From contig NHDG01000117.1 in NCBI GenBank assembly GCA_002167285.1, positions 67,133 to 131,132 on the forward strand: 64,000 bases of DNA, given 5' to 3'. The stretch is from Planctomycetia bacterium TMED53 (GTDB lineage Bacteria; Planctomycetota; UBA8108; UBA1146). Positions within the stretch are counted from its first letter, which is position 1. Each line of letters begins with the position of its first letter. A model generated the notes under the pieces. That model was not told the origin of the DNA, did no database searches, and saw only the letters and a list, made by a program, of their open reading frames with translations. The translations under genes were made by a program, and so were the position numbers. Shown in pieces: positions 53,232-61,908 of this stretch.

Positions 53232-54467
53232 ATGGCGGTATTCGAGTTCGAAGCCATTGGACCCGGCGGACAGAAGAAGCGCAGTACTATCGAAGCAGCC
53301 AGTCAGGCTGAAGCGATCAAGCAGCTACGCTCCCGGGGAATGAAGCCGACCAAGATTCGCGAGAGCAAGAAAGCCGCAGCAGCCGCAGGCGGTGGTGAGA
53401 AAAAGAAGAAGGGTGGGGGACTCTTTGCGGGCGGTGTGTCCCAAGCAGACCTCGTTCAGTTCACCCAGCAGTTGGCGACATTGCAGGATGCGGGTCTGCC
53501 GATCGTGCGCTCTCTGAAGATCCTCGCCGATCAGATGAAGCCAGGAACCTTCCAAAACCAACTGATGCAAGTGACCGAGGACGTCGAGGGTGGTTCCACC
53601 CTTTCGGAAGCACTTGAGAAGTATCCGAAGACTTTTGACACACTTTTTGTGGCGATGGTCAAGGCGGGTGAGGCCGGTGGTGTGCTCGATACGATCCTGC
53701 AGCGTCTGTCGGACTTCCAGGAGAAGTCGATGAAGCTGCGTAAAAAGGTTCAGGGCGCCATGGTTTATCCGGTTGCCGTCATCTGTGTGGCCGCATTGAT
53801 CCTCGGATTCATCATGACTCAGGTGATTCCCCAGTTCCAAAAAATGTTCGCCGACATGAATACCGCCTTGCCGGGGCCCACTCAGGCACTCCTGGGATTC
53901 GCGGAGGCAGTTCAGGGATACTGGTGGGCAGCGCCCGTGATCATTTTTGCAATGTGGGGCGCATTGAAAGCTCTCGGCAATACCAGTGCCGGAGAGTTGA
54001 TGATCGACAAATCGAAGTTGAACGCGCCCATCTTTGGCCAGATTGTTCGCAAATCGACGATTTCCCGTTTCTGCCGTACCTTGGGTACCCTGATCAGCTC
54101 CGGTGTGCCGATTCTCGAAGCTCTCGAAATCGTGCGGGCTGCGGTCGGCAATCGGGTGATTTCGGACGCCATCGAATCGGTTTGTGGGTCTATTCGCGAG
54201 GGTGAAACCATCGCCGAGCCATTGGGGACATCCGGAGTCTTCGACCCGCTGTTGGTCAACATGATCGACATCGGTGAGGAAACCGGTGAGTTGGACAAAA
54301 TGCTCAACAAGATCTCTGACAACTACGACCTCGATGTGGACGTCCTCGTCGATTCACTCTCGAGCCTGCTCGAGCCGGTTCTGATCGTCGGAATGGGAGG
54401 AGCGGTGGGATTCATCGTCGTCGCTCTCTTCATGCCATTGCTCTCGATCATTCAAAAGGTCGGATAA
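53232..54467 (+). CDS. Type II secretion system F / PilC-family platform protein
   Basis: Two T2SSF repeats, three TM segments, GEAGGVLD and GEETGELDKML motifs. Confidence 0.9.
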   Translation: MAVFEFEAIGPGGQKKRSTIEAASQAEAIKQLRSRGMKPTKIRESKKAAAAAGGGEKKKKGGGLFAGGVSQADLVQFTQQLATLQDAGLPIVRSLKILADQMKPGTFQNQLMQVTEDVEGGSTLSEALEKYPKTFDTLFVAMVKAGEAGGVLDTILQRLSDFQEKSMKLRKKVQGAMVYPVAVICVAALILGFIMTQVIPQFQKMFADMNTALPGPTQALLGFAEAVQGYWWAAPVIIFAMWGALKALGNTSAGELMIDKSKLNAPIFGQIVRKSTISRFCRTLGTLISSGVPILEALEIVRAAVGNRVISDAIESVCGSIREGETIAEPLGTSGVFDPLLVNMIDIGEETGELDKMLNKISDNYDLDVDVLVDSLSSLLEPVLIVGMGGAVGFIVVALFMPLLSIIQKVG

Positions 54468-54488
54468 GTCTGATCTCAGATTGCTTGG

Positions 54489-54537
54489 AAGCGGGCCGTG
54501 TCGGGTATGATCCTGACACGGCCCGCTTTCTTTTTTG
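54489..54537 (+). terminator. Rho-independent terminator
   Basis: aagcgggccgtgtc (54489-54502) pairs with gacacggcccgctt (54515-54528), followed by tcttttttgg. Confidence 0.85.
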
Positions 54538-54557
54538 GTTTTCGAAACAGGTGAATC

Positions 54558-56843
54558 TTGAATCCCCAGTCTGAACTGATCACTGCGATCCGATCTTGGT
54601 ACAGAAGTGATCAATATCAGCCATTTAAAGTGGCGGATATGAGAGAGTTGCCCGGTTGGGGAAAGGTTGAGACTGCCGAGTTGGAAGCTGCGCTGAGCGA
54701 TCTGGAAAATCGGGGTGAGATGGTTTTCCTTTTCGCCCGTGGCTGGTTTGCGACGAGCCGCGAAGGTTGGTTTGTGGGCACACTCTCCATCGCCCGTCGA
54801 GGTTTTGGATTTGTTCGAGCATTGGCGGTAGATCCTCGCGGGGATGTTTTCATTCCGATTCGCCGATTACGCGATGGTCACCATGGTGATCGCGTTCTCG
54901 TCGCTTTGGAGAAGACACGTAAGGGGAACCCCCCGCTGGCCGGGGAAGGACGCTCTGGAAAGATCCTCGAAGTCATCGAGCGAAGCCCCAGGGTTTTCCC
55001 AGGATACTTTTATGAGGCAGAAGGTGGTGCGGGTGTCGTTGAGCCTGCTCGACATGAAAGTGTCCGTGAGGTTTGGATCGACCCCAGTTTTCGTAGCGGC
55101 GTTGAGGACGGAGATCGCGTTCTGGCAAGACTGAGATCTGGAGCGGCCATCGACGGATTGCCTCCCGGTGAAGTGTTGTGCAATTGGGCTCCCGAGGGCA
55201 CATGGTTAGCCGACTTACAAATCGTCTGTGCGGAACATGAATTGCGTGAAGAGTTCCCTGCTGAGGTGGAGGAGCTCGCCGCCGCTTTCCCGGAGCAGAT
55301 TTCCGCGGAAGAGTTGGAAACTCGCGTCGATCGCCGCGAGTTACCCTTCATGACTATCGACCCGGTCGATGCCAAGGATTTTGACGACGCCATCTATGCC
55401 CTCGAATTGCCCGAAGGGGGGTTTCGACTGGGTGTCGCCATCGCTGATGTGAGTCACTTTGTCAGTCAGGGTGACCCCATCGATCAGGAGGCTTTGCTTC
55501 GAGGAACCAGCGTCTACATTCCGGGAAAGACGATCCCGATGTTGCCGGAGAGATTGAGTAATGGACTCTGTTCTCTTAGACCCCAAGAGGACCGTTTGGC
55601 AAAGATTGCTTGGATGGACTTGGATTCGAAGGGGAACTTTACCGACATCCAGCTGGAGAAATCGGTGATTCGTAGTGCCCACCGTTTCACCTACGAAGGG
55701 GCACAGGCCATCTTGGAAGGGAACTCCACTGAGGAAGTCAGTGGTGTTTTGAAGGAGCAGGTTCAAGTTTTGAATCAGCTTCGTGAAATTCTTCTGAAGC
55801 GTCGATTACGCCAAGGTGCGTTACAGCTGGAAATCGAAGAGATGAAACTGGTTTTGGATGACGAAGGTGAAGTCATCGACGTCATCAGCCGCGAGCATCT
55901 AGAAGCCCATGGTTTGGTTGAAGAATGCATGCTCGCCGCCAACGAGGCGGTGGCGACCTTTGCCTCGCAGCACCAATTGCCGATTCTACGCAGGGTCCAT
56001 GCGCCCCCCGACGAATCGGAACTGGACAAGTTTATCAAGCTGTGCAGGGTACTCGTGTCTGAAGCGCCGGTGAATTCGGTGGACGACTTACCGAAGCTGA
56101 TCGAAGTGGTCACCGGTTCTGACCTTGCTCCTGTCGTCTTTTTTGCCTTGCTAAGAAGTTTGACCCGGGCTGAGTATAGCCCCGCCAAAGAAGTGCATTT
56201 TGCACTGCAGAAGCAGGAGTATTGTCACTTCACCTCGCCGATTCGAAGGTATCCCGATCTTCAGGTTCATCAGATCCTCGACCGTTTCTTTTCGACAGGC
56301 GGTGAAGGTCCGAAGTTGAGTCACGAAGATGTTTCTCTTCATGAGCTGGCCGAAAATTGTTCGACGAGGGAGCGTGCAGCTGAGGCTGCAGAAAGAGACA
56401 TGAGTCGATTGCGGGCGATTTCATGGTTGCGCCATCGTGTTGGTGAAAGATTTCCAGGGATCGTGACATCGGTTCGTGACCAAGGCTTCCATGTGCGCCT
56501 TGATGGGGTTCTCGTCGATGGATTTGTTCATGTTTCAAGGCTTCGGGATGACCACTACGTCTTCAATGAGACTCATTTTGCACTGAGGGGCGTCAACAAG
56601 GGCAACATGATTCGCCTCGGAGATCCGGTCGAAGTTGAATTGGAGGGTGTCGATCCACTCCAAAGAGACATCGATCTGAGGTACCTTCATACGAGGCCGG
56701 GGGCTCGAAGGGGACGAGGCACAGGTGGGCATGCGGAACCCAAGGGGGCTCGCTCATCGAAGGCCAGCAAGCCGCGATCACAAAAGTCAAAGCGGGGCGG
56801 AAAAAATTCTGCAGGTCGAAGTCGTCGCAGGGATAGAAGGTGA
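54558..56843 (+). CDS. rnr: Ribonuclease R
   Basis: Cold-shock/OB N-terminal domains, RNB motif FMTIDPVDAKDFDDAI, HFTSPIRRYPDL, S1 domain, Lys/Arg-rich tail. Confidence 0.95.
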   Translation: MNPQSELITAIRSWYRSDQYQPFKVADMRELPGWGKVETAELEAALSDLENRGEMVFLFARGWFATSREGWFVGTLSIARRGFGFVRALAVDPRGDVFIPIRRLRDGHHGDRVLVALEKTRKGNPPLAGEGRSGKILEVIERSPRVFPGYFYEAEGGAGVVEPARHESVREVWIDPSFRSGVEDGDRVLARLRSGAAIDGLPPGEVLCNWAPEGTWLADLQIVCAEHELREEFPAEVEELAAAFPEQISAEELETRVDRRELPFMTIDPVDAKDFDDAIYALELPEGGFRLGVAIADVSHFVSQGDPIDQEALLRGTSVYIPGKTIPMLPERLSNGLCSLRPQEDRLAKIAWMDLDSKGNFTDIQLEKSVIRSAHRFTYEGAQAILEGNSTEEVSGVLKEQVQVLNQLREILLKRRLRQGALQLEIEEMKLVLDDEGEVIDVISREHLEAHGLVEECMLAANEAVATFASQHQLPILRRVHAPPDESELDKFIKLCRVLVSEAPVNSVDDLPKLIEVVTGSDLAPVVFFALLRSLTRAEYSPAKEVHFALQKQEYCHFTSPIRRYPDLQVHQILDRFFSTGGEGPKLSHEDVSLHELAENCSTRERAAEAAERDMSRLRAISWLRHRVGERFPGIVTSVRDQGFHVRLDGVLVDGFVHVSRLRDDHYVFNETHFALRGVNKGNMIRLGDPVEVELEGVDPLQRDIDLRYLHTRPGARRGRGTGGHAEPKGARSSKASKPRSQKSKRGGKNSAGRSRRRDRR

Positions 56844-57304
56844 AGATACCAATGGCAGAGCCTGATTACAGAATTTGGACAGATGGAGCCTGCAGGGGTA
56901 ATCCTGGCCCTGGTGGTTGGGGATACATCGTTCGCGATGTGCATGGTGAGGAATCGGTTCAATACGATGCCGAAAAGCAGACCACCAACAATCGGATGGA
57001 ACTGATCGCCGTCATCGAAGCGTTGAAATCTCTACCGGGTCCCAGTTCGGTGGAGTTGTTCAGTGATTCCCAATATGTGGTCAAGGGAATGAGCGAATGG
57101 ATTAAGGGCTGGCAGCGTCGAGGCTGGAAAAAGGCGGATGGCAAGCCTGTCGTGAATGACGATCTATGGAAAGAACTGGTCGATTTGGCTTCTCGGCATC
57201 AAGTTCAATGGAGTTGGGTTGAAGGCCACGCTGGCCACGAAGAGAATGAACGTTGTGATGGACTCGCGAATAGAGCCATCGACGAAGCATCTTGGACTTC
57301 TTGA
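56840..57304 (+). CDS. rnhA: Ribonuclease HI
   Basis: IWTDGACRGNPGPGGWG, TNNRMEL, FSDSQYV, GHAGHEENERCDGLA. The start is GTG 56840 (overlapping the rnr stop) or ATG 56852. Confidence 0.9.
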   Translation: MKIPMAEPDYRIWTDGACRGNPGPGGWGYIVRDVHGEESVQYDAEKQTTNNRMELIAVIEALKSLPGPSSVELFSDSQYVVKGMSEWIKGWQRRGWKKADGKPVVNDDLWKELVDLASRHQVQWSWVEGHAGHEENERCDGLANRAIDEASWTS

Positions 57305-57316
57305 GGAGGATTTGAA

Positions 57317-58000
57317 ATGAATGTTTTGCAGATCATAATCATCTTGATCATCGTTGCGCTCGCCGGAGCGTTAACGGCAGCCATCGCCGATTACACCAGT
57401 ATTCCCCCTGCCGCCAAGGACCTCTTTGAGAGAGTGAGCCTCTCAGAAACGGACCTTACGGCTGCGATCGCCATCGCTAAGGAGACGACCGGTGGAGCGG
57501 TCAACTCTGCACGCTTCAGGCCAGATACTTCGGTCGTCATGATCGAAGTCGAAACGGTGACGGCTGAAAAACGAGAGCGTTTGATGATCACATCCGATGG
57601 CAAAGTGAGTAATCGGGAAGACATTATGCGGTTTCCGGGAGTCGATACCTCGAATCCTCTTCAGCGCACCGATTCTGGGCTGATGTACATCGATGTCACC
57701 GAAGGAACCGGAGAGACTCCACCCTCTGACTCCACCAATGTGAAGGTGCACTACACGGGGTACCTCGTCGATGGAACAAAGTTTGATAGTAGTGTCGATC
57801 GTGGAATGCCCGCGACCTTTCCGCTCAACCGAGTCATCAAAGGTTGGACTGAAGGAGTCGGTTCGATGAAGGTGGGTGGCAAGCGCAAGTTGATCATCCC
57901 CTTCGATATGGCTTATGGGGCCAACGGACGTCCACCTTCGATCCCGCCACGGGCAACCCTGATTTTTGACGTCGAGCTGCTAGAAATTGTAAATAACTAG
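57317..58000 (+). CDS. Membrane-anchored FKBP-type peptidyl-prolyl isomerase with a PepSY-like linker domain
   Basis: N-terminal TM. AIAIAKETTGGAVNSARF...VMIEVE is PepSY-like. FKBP core VKVHYTGYLVDGTKFDSS...VIKGWTEG...IPFDMAYG. Confidence 0.85.
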   Translation: MNVLQIIIILIIVALAGALTAAIADYTSIPPAAKDLFERVSLSETDLTAAIAIAKETTGGAVNSARFRPDTSVVMIEVETVTAEKRERLMITSDGKVSNREDIMRFPGVDTSNPLQRTDSGLMYIDVTEGTGETPPSDSTNVKVHYTGYLVDGTKFDSSVDRGMPATFPLNRVIKGWTEGVGSMKVGGKRKLIIPFDMAYGANGRPPSIPPRATLIFDVELLEIVNN

Positions 58001-58246
58001 TCAGCGGCAAAATTGGGCCGGTAATCGGCCGTGAATGGCGAGTGGGCGGCCCTGCGGGAGAAATTGTCGTATTCTCCTGACAGGGCCGCTCTCCCGATGG
58101 CCCTGCTTCCTTCCAAGGCATGCACCATGGTTTCGTTGCAGGATTGCTCTAATCGATCTAGGATCTTCGTTTGGCCGCCCTGAACTCCAGCGCGAGTTCT
58201 GTTCACCGATAATGTGGGTCAAGCCCCACGCAGAGAGGGGACCGGG

Positions 58247-60163
58247 ATGTCCACCGGCTTCTTCAAAAGTAATGAGAAGGTCATCATGACCTTGCTCCTG
58301 TTGATTCTTGCTCCGACCTTTGCCGCCACTGGTCTGGTGGAATCATTCTTCACAGCTGCAAACTCTGAAGCGTACGTCGTCTTCGGCGAGACTGTCGATG
58401 TTGATACTTTTGTCAAGACTCGTAGAAGTCTGTCGGAAGCCCTTTGGGTCAATAACATTCGCAGATTTGGGCCCTATGCAGCCAATAACCTGAGACGTTT
58501 TCAATCGGCGACGGTAGACGACGTGTTGAGGCACATGGTTTTTGTTCATGACCTCAATGAACGAGGTATCGAACCGAGTATGGAACGAAAAAAGGAAGAG
58601 ATCCGCGAAGCTGCGCTCGATCTGATCGCCTGGCACAAGACGATGGAGCAGGCCGGTTGGACCGGAACCTATCAGGATCGCTTCCCCGATTACAATGCAT
58701 TGAGAACCGATCCAAACTTCCGTTTCACACGAGCAGAATACGAAGCTGTCTTCAAAGATGAGAACTTTGGACTTTTCAATAAGTCACTCACCATCGGTGA
58801 GTTTGAAGACTGCGTAATCCGGAACTTGAGAACTCAAGAATTGCTCGATGTGGTGACTTCTTCCGTCGCCGTCTCCGAGCAGGAAGTTTTCAATGACTTT
58901 TCGGCAACTTACGAGAAGCGAATTTTGGATATTGTCCAAGTACCTGGTGAAACGTACATCGACGAGGCTCGTGACAGCGTGACCATCGAAGATTTCGAGA
59001 ATCACTACAATGAAAACAGCGAAGATTTCGTACTTCAGAATCGTCTTTCGGTCGAAGTCGCGCGCGTGAATCGCAACAACCTCATCGCCTCCATCGAATA
59101 CGAGCCTACCGTCGAAGAAATCGAAGCCAAATACGCTGAGGACAGGGATATTCTCTACCGAATTCGCAGACCCGAGGGGTATGTGCCGCCAGAGGATGGT
59201 AGCCCTGAGGACGAATATCGCCCCCTTCCGGAGGTCTTCGAACGGGTCGTTCGCTCGATCAAGCAGGCAAAGGCCCAAGAGCTTGAAGGGGAGCTGTTGC
59301 AGAGCGCGCTCGACGCCCTCAAGGAGTTTCGTGCTCAGGGGGAAGAAGTCGAGCTGTCACAAGTGTTCCCTGAAAACTTGGAGTATGTCGAGATCACTGA
59401 AGTCGAGCCCTTCACACAGAGGGAGCTGAGCCAGGTCGACGCTCCGTTGAGAAACCCTGCTGCTTACAGTGATTTCTTCACACGTGAGAGATTGACCCCA
59501 GGTTCGGTCGTTCCCGGTGATCTTTACGAATCCATCGCGACCAATAGCCAGGGCAACTTCATCATTCGGGTGAAGGAAATGCTTCCTCAAAGACAGATGA
59601 CTTACGACGAAGCTGTCGAGGATGTCATCAAGGCGACTGAGGAAGCCAAGGCAAAGTCATTGGCCGCTGCTGCGGTTGAAGGCTGGGTCAGTGAAATTTC
59701 TGCTGAGGATAGTGAAGCTTCTCTGCAATCGGTTGCAGAAGATAACAACTTCACGGTCAACACTTTGGAGCCTTTGACGCGAACCCAGTCTTTCAATGTT
59801 CGCATTAATGGTAACTCGGTTCCCTCTGCCAGGGATCTTCTCACCGAAGCCTTCGACATTCAGGAGGTTGGTGGAGTGATCGGTCCTGTGACCAGTGATA
59901 ATGACAAAGCGGTCTACATGGTTCGTCTAGGGGGAATGGGAGACGCCGACATCGAGCTCTTCGAAACCCTCAAAGAGACGACTGAGAGACGCTTGTTGCT
60001 CGATAAGCAGAGAGCTTTGCTAGATGCTTACGAGGCAGAACTGATGACGAGAGCCAACATTCAGCAGTTCCTGGAAGAAGGAGAGTCTGTTTCCCGGGAG
60101 GAGCTTCTGAATCAGGAGCTGGAGACCGATTCTGAATCGGAGAACGAGGCGACCTCTGGCTGA
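58247..60163 (+). CDS. PpiD/SurA-N-like periplasmic chaperone, membrane-anchored
   Basis: N-terminal TM (IMTLLLLILAPTFAATG), long helical SurA_N-like region, degenerate parvulin-like segment, acidic tail. Assignment is by architecture only. Confidence 0.5.
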   Translation: MSTGFFKSNEKVIMTLLLLILAPTFAATGLVESFFTAANSEAYVVFGETVDVDTFVKTRRSLSEALWVNNIRRFGPYAANNLRRFQSATVDDVLRHMVFVHDLNERGIEPSMERKKEEIREAALDLIAWHKTMEQAGWTGTYQDRFPDYNALRTDPNFRFTRAEYEAVFKDENFGLFNKSLTIGEFEDCVIRNLRTQELLDVVTSSVAVSEQEVFNDFSATYEKRILDIVQVPGETYIDEARDSVTIEDFENHYNENSEDFVLQNRLSVEVARVNRNNLIASIEYEPTVEEIEAKYAEDRDILYRIRRPEGYVPPEDGSPEDEYRPLPEVFERVVRSIKQAKAQELEGELLQSALDALKEFRAQGEEVELSQVFPENLEYVEITEVEPFTQRELSQVDAPLRNPAAYSDFFTRERLTPGSVVPGDLYESIATNSQGNFIIRVKEMLPQRQMTYDEAVEDVIKATEEAKAKSLAAAAVEGWVSEISAEDSEASLQSVAEDNNFTVNTLEPLTRTQSFNVRINGNSVPSARDLLTEAFDIQEVGGVIGPVTSDNDKAVYMVRLGGMGDADIELFETLKETTERRLLLDKQRALLDAYEAELMTRANIQQFLEEGESVSREELLNQELETDSESENEATSG

Positions 60164-60190
60164 TCGCAGCTGAATCGACAATGCGCTTAA

Positions 60191-60230
60191 AAAAGGAGCA
60201 CGCGGAAATCTCCGCGTGCTCCTTTTCTTT
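60191..60230. terminator. Bidirectional terminator hairpin between convergent genes
   Basis: aaaaggagcacgcgga (60191-60206), loop aatc, tccgcgtgctcctttt (60211-60226), followed by ctttt. Confidence 0.85.
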
Positions 60231-60280
60231 TGATCGGTCGCGGTAGTTTTTTCCGCTGTGGTTTCTTTTTGCTGTGGTTT

Positions 60281-60721
60281 CTATCCTGGAACGCGGTCAA
60301 TCTTGTTCACCCGATCTCCATGACGCCCTCCTTCAAAGGGGGTATCCAGGAAAACTCCGAGCAGCTCCGTAATCTTGTCAGCACCTAATACTCGCTCACC
60401 GAAGCAAGCCACATTGGCGTCATTGTGACCCCTGGCCATTTCAGCCGTAAATGCGTCGGTGATGACAGCCGCTCTGATTCCACAGTATTTGTTGGCAGTC
60501 ATCGCCATACCTTGGCCAGTCCCGCAGACGAGAATACCTATCTCCGCGTCTCCCGAAGTCACACCCGCTGCAACGTCGTGGGCGACATCGGGGTAATCTG
60601 TTTTCTCATCCACGTTGGAAGGTCCGAGGTGTTGAATCTCCCAACCGCGATCTGCGAGTACGGCAGCGACAGCGTTTCTGCCATCGATCCCTGCGTGATC
60701 TGAACCAATCATAGCCCTCAT
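60281..60721 (-). CDS. rpiB: Ribose-5-phosphate isomerase B
   Basis: MIGSDHAG, GILVCGTGQGMAMTANK, ARGHNDANV. The start MRAMIGS at 60721 overlaps the upstream stop (ATGA). Confidence 0.9.
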   Translation of the reverse strand: MRAMIGSDHAGIDGRNAVAAVLADRGWEIQHLGPSNVDEKTDYPDVAHDVAAGVTSGDAEIGILVCGTGQGMAMTANKYCGIRAAVITDAFTAEMARGHNDANVACFGERVLGADKITELLGVFLDTPFEGGRHGDRVNKIDRVPG

Positions 60722-61824
60722 GGCTTGGTGATCCTCTCCAGCCATTGATTCGCAATGGCATTGCTGATTTCAGCGGCGCAAATTCTGTAGATTTCCAAGG
60801 GGCCACCCACAGGATCTGCGACGCCGGTTGCATTGATCATGAATAATTTGTCGAGAACTTCCTTCTGCCCATTGCACAGGTGTCGAATTCCTTCGAGGTG
60901 ATTGGGTGCGAGGGCAAGGATCAGATCCGCTGATTCGAGCATCTCTGGGCTTAGCTGCCGCGAAATGTGTCCTGAGGCGTCTGCTTCCAGCTCTCGCATG
61001 GCCGTGACAGCATTCTCGCTGGCAGGACCCCCTCCTGAGAAGAGGGCGGCACTGTGGACATGAATGCCATGCTTGGGTAAGTCCTCGACCTTCACATCTT
61101 CTCTCTGTGAGAGCATTTTTTTGCAGAGGGCTTCAGCCATCGGGCTTCGGCAGGTGTTTCCTGTACAGACGAAGAGAACTTCAAATTCACCGAGAGCTTT
61201 GCGGATCATCGATCGATTGATCAGCCCCTCTCGGAGAATTTCGAATGAGCCTTCTTGATCAAAGCGGACGATAGTCGAGGCCTCGCCGACTTTGCAGGGA
61301 CCTCCATCGATGGCTACAGCGACCTCCGAGCCGATACTTTCGACCGCTTCTTTGCAAGAGAGGGGCGGCGCGGCACCCCTACGGTTTGCGCTACTTGCGA
61401 TCAATGGGCCGGTTTGTTGGATCAGTTTGCAGGCGACTTCGTGAGCAGGGAAACGTACTCCAAGCCCCATGTCGGTCCCATCAGGAATGATGATCGTCAT
61501 GGGTCCTGGCCAAAAGGTATCGACGACTCTACGAATTTTCTCGGGAACTTCATTCACCAGTTCGTCGAGTTGCTCCATCGATCCGATGTGGACGGTAAAG
61601 GGTTGATCTGCAGGACGCTCTTTCGCCGCTGCCAGCTTTTCGCGTGCTCCAGGAGCGCGGTAGAGCGCTCCGATACCGTAGACCGTTTCGGTTGGGAAGA
61701 TTCCCAATTCACCACTGGAGATGATCTCTGCTGCTTGCTGGAGAAGATCTGGCTGGGATTGAACGTCATCCAGATTCATGATCCTTGGATTCACCTGAAA
61801 CCACATTTCATGGAGGAGAGTCAA
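60718..61824 (-). CDS. tsaC: Fusion protein: L-threonylcarbamoyladenylate synthase (TsaC/YwlC, Sua5/YrdC domain) plus a YwlE-like low-molecular-weight phosphatase
   Basis: N-terminal half: IFPTETVYGIGA, FWPGPMTIII, ASSANRRG. C-terminal half: VLFVCTGNTCRSPMAEAL (Cys codon 61165-61167) and VADPVGG. The start may be Met16 (61779). Confidence 0.85.
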   Translation of the reverse strand: MTLLHEMWFQVNPRIMNLDDVQSQPDLLQQAAEIISSGELGIFPTETVYGIGALYRAPGAREKLAAAKERPADQPFTVHIGSMEQLDELVNEVPEKIRRVVDTFWPGPMTIIIPDGTDMGLGVRFPAHEVACKLIQQTGPLIASSANRRGAAPPLSCKEAVESIGSEVAVAIDGGPCKVGEASTIVRFDQEGSFEILREGLINRSMIRKALGEFEVLFVCTGNTCRSPMAEALCKKMLSQREDVKVEDLPKHGIHVHSAALFSGGGPASENAVTAMRELEADASGHISRQLSPEMLESADLILALAPNHLEGIRHLCNGQKEVLDKLFMINATGVADPVGGPLEIYRICAAEISNAIANQWLERITKP

Positions 61825-61908
61825 CCGGGTTCATCGACCCTTCAGCGGGCAAGGGTCGCAACCGGGGCAATTCTGCCACTCTCCAGCGGGCAGGACAACC
61901 GATCGGAA

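Noticed and set aside
51416-53257. 613-aa ORF on the minus strand spanning the whole second PilB/GspE gene
   Set aside because: The plus-strand frame carries every GspE motif (Walker A/B, His box, tetracysteine). The antisense translation is low-complexity (H/V/D/R-rich) with no motif. It is a typical shadow ORF caused by codon bias.
60255-60282. 12-bp direct repeat gctgtggtttct x2 separated by tttt, just after the terminator and overlapping the rpiB stop
   Set aside because: It is short and isolated, with no further copies seen in the window. It is probably a chance or local duplication and I cannot attach any function.
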